Source: Sulfuritalea sp. (GTDB lineage Bacteria; Pseudomonadota; Gammaproteobacteria; Burkholderiales; Rhodocyclaceae). From it: 64,000 nt of DNA. Below the pieces are notes generated by a model, which ran no database searches, was not told the DNA's origin, and saw only the letters and a program-made list of their open reading frames with translations. Each line of letters begins with the position of its first letter. Position 1 is the first letter of the stretch. The position numbers were made by a program, and so were the translations under genes. Positions 58,031 to 64,000 of the stretch are shown here, piece by piece. Location: NCBI GenBank assembly GCA_044359585.1, contig JBIKLV010000010.1, positions 3,319 through 67,318 of the forward strand. Direction: 5' to 3'.

Positions 58031-59926
58031 ATGGTGCAAAGCAGCAATTCAACCGGCACGTCGTCCCCACGCCTTCTCGCCACCTCGGTGGCGGCGATGG
58101 GCGTGGTTTACGGCGACATCGGCACCAGTCCGCTGTACACCATGAAGGAAGTCTTCAACGGCCCCCACGCGGTCGCCGTAACCCCGGACAACCTGCTGGG
58201 CATACTCTCGCTGATCTTCTGGGCCCTGACCATCACGGTCTCGCTCAAGTACGTGATGTTCATCACCCGCGCCGACAATCGTGGCGAAGGCGGCATCATG
58301 GCGCTGACCTCGCTCGCCCTGCGCACGCAGGGCGCCGGGCCGCGCATGCTGTGGCTGATGTCGGTCCTGGGCATCTTCGGCGCCGGGCTGTTCTATGGCG
58401 ACGCCGTGATCACGCCGGCAATGTCGGTGCTGTCGGCGGTCGAGGGGCTGGAAGTCGCCACCCCGATGTTCAAGCCCTACGTGGTGCCGATCACCGTGCT
58501 GGTGCTGTGCGGCCTGTTCCTGTTCCAGCCGCGCGGCACGGCCAGCGTCGGCGCCCTGTTCGGACCAGTAATGCTGTTCTGGTTCGGTACCCTGGGCGCG
58601 CTCGGCGTGTGGAACATCCTCAAGCACCCCGACGTGCTGGCGGCGATCAATCCCTGGTACGCGGCACACTTTTTCCTGGAGAACCGGACCCACGCCTGGC
58701 TGGCTCTGGGCGCGGTGGTGCTCGCCATCACCGGCGGCGAAGCCCTGTATGCCGACATGGGACACTTCGGCCGGCGCTCGATCAAATGGGCCTGGCTCGG
58801 TTACGTCTTCCCCTGCCTGTACCTGAACTACCTCGGACAAGGCGCGCTGATCCTCGACAACCCGGCTGCGGTAAAGAATCCCTTCTTCATGCTGGTGCCC
58901 GATGGCCTGCTCTACCCGATGGTCGTGCTCGCCACGGCCGCCGCGGTGATCGCCTCGCAGGCGGTCATTTCCGGCGCGTTCTCATTGACCAGCCAGGCCA
59001 TGCAACTGGGCTACTGCCCGCGCATACAGGTGAAGTTCACTTCCGAACGCGAAAAGGGACAGATTTACGTACCCAACATCAACTGGCTGCTGCTGCTGGC
59101 CGTGATCATCCTCGTGCTCGGCTTCAAGTCGTCCTCGAATCTGGCCTCGGCCTATGGCATCGCCGTGACGCTGACCATGATGATCGACACCCTGCTCGCC
59201 TTCATCGTGGTGCGCGCGCTGTGGAAATGGAACTGGCTGCAGGCCGGGCTGTTCCTCGCACTGTTCATCGTGGTCGATTTCGCGTTCTTCTCCGCCAACC
59301 TGGTAAAGGTCATGGATGGCGGATGGTTCCCCCTGCTCCTCGGGCTTGGCATCTTCACCCTGTTCGCGACCTGGAAGCGCGGCCGTGCCCTGCTCTACGA
59401 AAGACTCAAGGAGGACTCGATGCCGCTCGATGCCTTCCTTTCAAGCCTCAGCTACGGCGGGCCGCATCGCGTCGCCGGAACCGGGATTTTCATGACCACG
59501 CGCCCTGACGGCGTGCCGCGCGCCATGCTGCACAACATGCTGCACAACAAGGTGCTGCACGAACGCGTGGTCCTGCTCAATGTCAGCATGCAGGACATTC
59601 CCCATGTCGACGAGGCGGAACGCATCCTGGTCGAACCGCTCAGCGACGGCTTTTACCGCGTCATGCTGCGCTATGGCTTCAAGGACGATCCCAACATTCC
59701 GCTGGCGCTGGAACTCTGCGGCAAGCACGGCATGGCGCCGGTCGAAATGATGGAAACCTCCTTCTTCCTCGGCCGCGAAACCATCGTCCCCAACCGCGTG
59801 CCGGCGATGACGCTGTGGCGCCAGGTGCTGTTCATGTGGATGTTCCGCAACGCAGACACCGCAACGGATTTCTTCAAGTTGCCGACCAATCGCGTGGTCG
59901 AACTCGGTACTCAGGTCGAACTCTGA
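58031..59926 (+). CDS. kup: KUP-system potassium transporter
   Basis: GVVYGDIGTSPLY, GEGG, ALYADMGHFG, SQAVISG. Confidence 0.96.
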   Translation: MVQSSNSTGTSSPRLLATSVAAMGVVYGDIGTSPLYTMKEVFNGPHAVAVTPDNLLGILSLIFWALTITVSLKYVMFITRADNRGEGGIMALTSLALRTQGAGPRMLWLMSVLGIFGAGLFYGDAVITPAMSVLSAVEGLEVATPMFKPYVVPITVLVLCGLFLFQPRGTASVGALFGPVMLFWFGTLGALGVWNILKHPDVLAAINPWYAAHFFLENRTHAWLALGAVVLAITGGEALYADMGHFGRRSIKWAWLGYVFPCLYLNYLGQGALILDNPAAVKNPFFMLVPDGLLYPMVVLATAAAVIASQAVISGAFSLTSQAMQLGYCPRIQVKFTSEREKGQIYVPNINWLLLLAVIILVLGFKSSSNLASAYGIAVTLTMMIDTLLAFIVVRALWKWNWLQAGLFLALFIVVDFAFFSANLVKVMDGGWFPLLLGLGIFTLFATWKRGRALLYERLKEDSMPLDAFLSSLSYGGPHRVAGTGIFMTTRPDGVPRAMLHNMLHNKVLHERVVLLNVSMQDIPHVDEAERILVEPLSDGFYRVMLRYGFKDDPNIPLALELCGKHGMAPVEMMETSFFLGRETIVPNRVPAMTLWRQVLFMWMFRNADTATDFFKLPTNRVVELGTQVEL

Positions 59927-60010
59927 TCCAACCGGCGATTGCTGCGTCGCAATAGGCAATTGACGAACTCCCAGGGCGATATATTCCATTGCTTTGGCGA
60001 TTGCACGAAT

Positions 60011-60066
60011 AGCGAATTTTCATTCGCTTCGCGTGCCTCCTGTGTGAAACTTCAACATTTGTTGAA
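60011..60066. promoter_or_regulatory. Two dyad-symmetric candidate operators upstream of soxY
   Basis: AGCGAAT-N4-ATTCGCT (60011-60028) and TTCAACA-N2-TGTTGAA (60051-60066). Confidence 0.4.
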
Positions 60067-60171
60067 TCGGCAAGCTGCGTCGGGCGATACTTTATTTCGC
60101 GTGGATTCGGTGATAGGTTTGGCGGCGACGCAGCCGACAATTAATCTGATGTTACGGAGGAGATCAAAGCG

Positions 60172-60648
60172 ATGGAAATGAACCCCGCACGGAGAACGGT
60201 GCTTCGCGGCGCAGGCAGCCTGGGAGCCCTGTCCGCACTGGTGCTGGCCGGAGTACTCAAGCCGACCGCAGTCTATGCCGCCGACTGGAACAAGGCCGCT
60301 TTCGAAGCCAAGGACACGGCAGGGGCGCTGAAAGGCATCGGTGCCGGAAGCCCCGCCGACAGCAAGGACCTGCTGCTCAAGGTACCCGACATCGCGGAAA
60401 ACGGTGCCGTAGTGCCGGTTGATGTCACCAGCAACATCCCGAAGACCACCTCCATTTCCATCCTGGTCGAGAAGAATCCGTCGCCGTTGTGCGCCCATTT
60501 CGAGTTTGCCAACGGGGCAGTAGCCGACGTTTCGGCGCGCCTGAAAATGGGACAGACGTCCCTGGTCAAGGCGGTCGCCAAGGCCGACGGCAAGTTCTAC
60601 ACGGCGCAAAAGGAAGTCAAGGTCACCGTCGGCGGCTGCGGCGGCTGA
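60172..60648 (+). CDS. soxY: Sulfur carrier protein SoxY
   Basis: Tat signal (RRT.L), IAENGAVVP, C-terminal VTVGGCGG. Confidence 0.97.
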   Translation: MEMNPARRTVLRGAGSLGALSALVLAGVLKPTAVYAADWNKAAFEAKDTAGALKGIGAGSPADSKDLLLKVPDIAENGAVVPVDVTSNIPKTTSISILVEKNPSPLCAHFEFANGAVADVSARLKMGQTSLVKAVAKADGKFYTAQKEVKVTVGGCGG

Positions 60649-60679
60649 AGCAACCCAACAGGAATAAAAGGAAAACACC

Positions 60680-60991
60680 ATGGCAGATCCGATGAAAATT
60701 CGCGCCCAGATCAAAGGCGACGTCGCAGAAATCCGCATCCTGATGGGACACGCAATGGAAACCGGCCAGCGCAAGGACGCGGCGGGTGCCACCGTGCCGG
60801 CCCACTTCATCCAATCGATGACGGTAGACGTCGCCGGCAAGCGCGTTGTCGATGGCCAGATCGGCACCTCCGTTTCCCGCAATCCGGTCTTCGGCTTCAA
60901 GATGAAAGGCGCCAAGGCCGGCGACAAGGTCGTCGTGAACTGGGTCGACAACAAGGGCGACAAGCGCACCGACGAGGCCACGGTGGCCTGA
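60680..60991 (+). CDS. soxZ: Sulfur carrier partner SoxZ
   Basis: H.METGQRKD, PAHFI, SVSRNP, WVDNKG. Confidence 0.96.
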   Translation: MADPMKIRAQIKGDVAEIRILMGHAMETGQRKDAAGATVPAHFIQSMTVDVAGKRVVDGQIGTSVSRNPVFGFKMKGAKAGDKVVVNWVDNKGDKRTDEATVA

Positions 60992-61093
60992 CAGAGCAGC
61001 AAATCTCCTGCCCAAGGCGATTCCTGGGCAGGAGGCAGGGAAAATAAGATAGCGGCGGGATGCACCCGCCCCAATTCTCGACAGGAGGAACCC

Positions 61094-61963
61094 ATGAAGC
61101 AACATTTGGTAGGCGCCCTGTGCGCCGTGGCGTTTGTCGGTGGCAGCATTGCCCAGACGCCGAAGAAGCCCCCAGCCAAACCCGCCGTCAAAACCGCATC
61201 GTCACCCGCTGCCGAAGCCAAGGATGCCGCGACACTCGAGTTCGAAAAGTTTCGAGCGGAAATGGAGGACAGCAATCCGGCCGAACTCTTCGAAGCCAAG
61301 GGTCAGGAGCAATGGACGAGCAAGCGCGGCCCGAAGAATGTTTCGCTGGCCGAAAGCTGCGACCTTGGCCAGGGCGTGGGCAAGGTTGACGGCGCCTACG
61401 TCAAGATGCCGCGCTATTTTGCAGACGCAGACGCGGTGATGGATGCCGAGCGGCGCATCGTCTGGTGCATGGTCGAAAAGCAGGGCTTCAAGTTCGACGA
61501 CATCGCCGCCAAGCCCTTCGCCAACGAGACCTTCACGCCGGACATCACCAACCTGGTCACCTATGTTGCCGGCCATTCGCGCAACATGAAGATCGACGTG
61601 CCGCTCAAGGATCCGAAGGTGCGCGACGCGTATGAAACCGGCAAGGAGATGGCCGCCTACCGCGCCGGACCCTACGACTTTTCCTGCAACACCTGCCATG
61701 GCGTCGATGGCAAGCGGATTCGCATGCAGAACCTGCCCAACATCGCCACGCCCAAGGGTGCGATGAGCGGCGTGCAGGGCTGGCCCGGCTATCGCATGAC
61801 CGGTGGCGTGATGCTGACCCATCAATGGCGCATGGGCGACTGTTTCCGCCAGCAGCGTTTCCCGCAACCGAAGTACGCCTCAGACGCGGTCGCCTACCTG
61901 CTGACCTACATGATCGGCAATGCCAACGGCCAGGTCTACAAAGGCCCGGGCATCAAGCGCTAA
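61094..61963 (+). CDS. soxA: SoxA, monoheme L-cysteine S-thiosulfotransferase subunit
   Basis: One CNTCH heme site, WPGYR, RMGDCFRQ.R active-site Cys. Confidence 0.94.
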   Translation: MKQHLVGALCAVAFVGGSIAQTPKKPPAKPAVKTASSPAAEAKDAATLEFEKFRAEMEDSNPAELFEAKGQEQWTSKRGPKNVSLAESCDLGQGVGKVDGAYVKMPRYFADADAVMDAERRIVWCMVEKQGFKFDDIAAKPFANETFTPDITNLVTYVAGHSRNMKIDVPLKDPKVRDAYETGKEMAAYRAGPYDFSCNTCHGVDGKRIRMQNLPNIATPKGAMSGVQGWPGYRMTGGVMLTHQWRMGDCFRQQRFPQPKYASDAVAYLLTYMIGNANGQVYKGPGIKR

Positions 61964-61976
61964 CAGGGAGACAGAC

Positions 61977-62594
61977 ATGACCAAGACCATTTATCTGGCC
62001 GCCGCAGCGGCCCTGCCGCTCCTGACGATCGCCCTGCCTGCCGTCGCCGACGGCGACCAGCGCGCCAAGGCCATCGCCGTGATCAAGAAGGACTTCCAGC
62101 CTCGCGGCCAGGCCGGCCTTGACCGCCTGGCGGAAGACGGACTGCAGGCGATTTGCAACCGCACCGGCAACAAGCCGCCGGAGTACATCGCGAAGCGGAT
62201 GCAGGACGACCAACTGCAGACAGTCAAGTTTCCCGCCGACGGCAAGTTGATGGGCGACTGGAAGGAGGGCGAGAAGATCGCGCAGAGCGGTCGCGGCTTC
62301 ACCTGGACCGACAACCCCGGCCTGCCGGTGGGAGGCAACTGCTACAACTGCCACCAGATTGCCCCGAAGGAGACTTCGTTCGGCACCGTCGGTCCGAGCC
62401 TGTTCCAGTTCGGCAAGATTCGCGGCAATACTCCCGACATGCAGAAATATGCCTACAGCAAGATCTGGAATGCCAAGGCGTTCAACCTGTGCTCGGAAAT
62501 GCCGCGCTTCGGCCATGCCGGCGCGCTGAACGAACAGCAGGTAAAGCACCTCGTGGCACTGCTGCTCGACCCCGAATCGCCAGTCAACAAATAA
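61977..62594 (+). CDS. soxX: SoxX cytochrome c
   Basis: GGNCYNCH, GTVGPSL, MPRFG; start ATG 61977. Confidence 0.94.
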   Translation: MTKTIYLAAAAALPLLTIALPAVADGDQRAKAIAVIKKDFQPRGQAGLDRLAEDGLQAICNRTGNKPPEYIAKRMQDDQLQTVKFPADGKLMGDWKEGEKIAQSGRGFTWTDNPGLPVGGNCYNCHQIAPKETSFGTVGPSLFQFGKIRGNTPDMQKYAYSKIWNAKAFNLCSEMPRFGHAGALNEQQVKHLVALLLDPESPVNK

Positions 62595-62608
62595 GCCTCG
62601 CACACCCC

Positions 62609-62635
62609 AAAAGCCTGGCCACGGCCAGGCTTTTT
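62609..62635 (+). terminator. Terminator-like hairpin between soxX and soxB
   Basis: AAAAGCCTGGCC / GGCCAGGCTTTT followed by Ts. Confidence 0.7.
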
Positions 62636-62690
62636 ATTTCCCCGACCCAAGGGGAAGCGTTCTGCCTCAGGATCAGCCCTGGAGTCCTCC

Positions 62691-64000
62691 ATGTCATCGA
62701 TGAATCGTCGTGAATTCCTGCAACTGCTTGCCGCCGCATCGGCCGCCGGCATGGCACTTGATGCGCGCACCGTGTGGGCCGCCGGCAAGGGCGACACCCT
62801 GTACCAGGTACCGAAGTTCGGCAATGTCCACCTGCTGCACTTCACCGATTGCCACGCGCAGTTGCTGCCGATCCATTTTCGCGAACCGAGCGTCAACCTG
62901 GGACTTGCTGGCGCCACCGGCAAGGCGCCGCACCTGATCGGAGAGCACCTCCTCAAGGCGTTTGGCATCAAGCCTGCCGGCATCGAGGCGCACGCATTCA
63001 CCTACCTGAACTTCGAAAAGGCGGCAAAGACCTACGGCAAGGTCGGCGGCTTCGCCCACCTTGCCACGCTGGTCAAGCGCCTGCGCGCCGATCGCCCGGG
63101 CGCCCTGCTGCTCGATGGTGGCGACACCTGGCAGGGCTCCGCCACGGCGCTCTGGAGCAAAGGGCAGGACATGGTCGACGCCTGCAAGCTGCTTGGCGTG
63201 GACATCATGGCCGGCCACTGGGAATTCACCCTGGGCGACAAGCGTGTCCTGGAAATCGTGGAGAAGGACTTCAAGGGAAAGATCGATTTCGTCGCCCAGA
63301 ACATCAAGACCAGCGACTTCGGCGACAAGGTGTTCGAGCCCTACAGCATGCGCGAAATGAACGGGCCAGAAGGAACAATTCGGGTCGCCGTGATCGGCCA
63401 GGCCTTCCCGTACACGCCCATCGCAAATCCGCGCTGGATGATTCCGGACTGGACCTTCGGCATCCAGGACGACAACATGCAGAAGACGGTCGACGAGGCG
63501 CGCGCCAAGGGGGCACAGGTCGTGGTCGTGCTGTCGCACAACGGCATGGACGTCGACCTCAAGATGGCGAGCCGCGTTACCGGCATCGACGCCATCCTCG
63601 GCGGCCATACCCATGACGGCGTGCCGCAACCCTCGATCGTGAAGAATGCCGGCGGCCAGACCCTGGTCACCAACGCCGGGTCCAACGGCAAGTTCCTTGG
63701 CGTGCTCGACTTCGACGTCAAGGGTGGAAAGATTTCCGGCTTCCGCTACAAGTTGCTGCCGGTGTTCTCCAATCTGTTACCGGCCGATGCCGAGATGAGC
63801 GCCCTGATCGACAAGGTCCGCGCCCCGCACAAGGCGAAGCTGGAGGAAAAGCTCGCGGTGTCGGAAGGCCTGCTCTACCGTCGCGGCAACTTCAACGGCA
63901 GTTGGGACCAGTTGATCCTCGACGCCATCATGGAAGTACAGGGCGCCGATATCGGATTTTCGCCGGGCTTCCGCTGGGGCACCACGATCCTGCCTGGCCA
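62691..64000 (+). CDS. soxB: Thiosulfohydrolase SoxB (truncated by window end)
   Basis: Tat signal NRREFL, FTDCHAQL, DGGDTWQG, HWEFT, SHNG.D.D, GGHTHD. Confidence 0.96.
   Translation, partial: MSSMNRREFLQLLAAASAAGMALDARTVWAAGKGDTLYQVPKFGNVHLLHFTDCHAQLLPIHFREPSVNLGLAGATGKAPHLIGEHLLKAFGIKPAGIEAHAFTYLNFEKAAKTYGKVGGFAHLATLVKRLRADRPGALLLDGGDTWQGSATALWSKGQDMVDACKLLGVDIMAGHWEFTLGDKRVLEIVEKDFKGKIDFVAQNIKTSDFGDKVFEPYSMREMNGPEGTIRVAVIGQAFPYTPIANPRWMIPDWTFGIQDDNMQKTVDEARAKGAQVVVVLSHNGMDVDLKMASRVTGIDAILGGHTHDGVPQPSIVKNAGGQTLVTNAGSNGKFLGVLDFDVKGGKISGFRYKLLPVFSNLLPADAEMSALIDKVRAPHKAKLEEKLAVSEGLLYRRGNFNGSWDQLILDAIMEVQGADIGFSPGFRWGTTILPG

Overview
A 64-kb betaproteobacterial (Rhodocyclales/Sterolibacteriaceae-like, by inference) chromosomal segment. 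Left to right: (1) the right end of a tyrosine-integrase island carrying two HupE/UreJ genes and bounded by a tRNA-Ser-like 3' fragment at ~2.5 kb; (2) two small proteins sharing a C-terminal motif, and a PEP-CTERM protein; (3) a sigma-54/IHF-driven four-gene unit encoding a 62-aa secreted disulfide beta-hairpin peptide, a Slam/DUF560-like outer-membrane barrel, a sensor kinase and an NtrC-type activator, which is the best candidate for an undescribed system; (4) NAD-dependent formate dehydrogenase fdsGBA-fdhD-fdsD with a LysR regulator; (5) a ~510-nt intergenic element with nested inverted repeats, upstream of a flavoprotein/ThDP-enzyme pair; (6) a 46-aa secreted peptide, a ParE toxin-antitoxin pair, DMT and Rieske genes; (7) housekeeping blocks xseB-ispA-dxs-folE2, rpsP-rimM-trmD-rplS, ilvBNC-pssA-leuA, an ECF sigma cluster, lptFG, pepA-holC, purB and queA-tgt-yajC-secDF, part of which (~29.7-48.7 kb) is visibly lower in GC; (8) a non-canonical tRNA-Leu(CAA), kup and soxYZAXB (soxB cut by the window edge, no soxCD upstream). 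All family assignments come from motif recognition by eye; no database searches were run.
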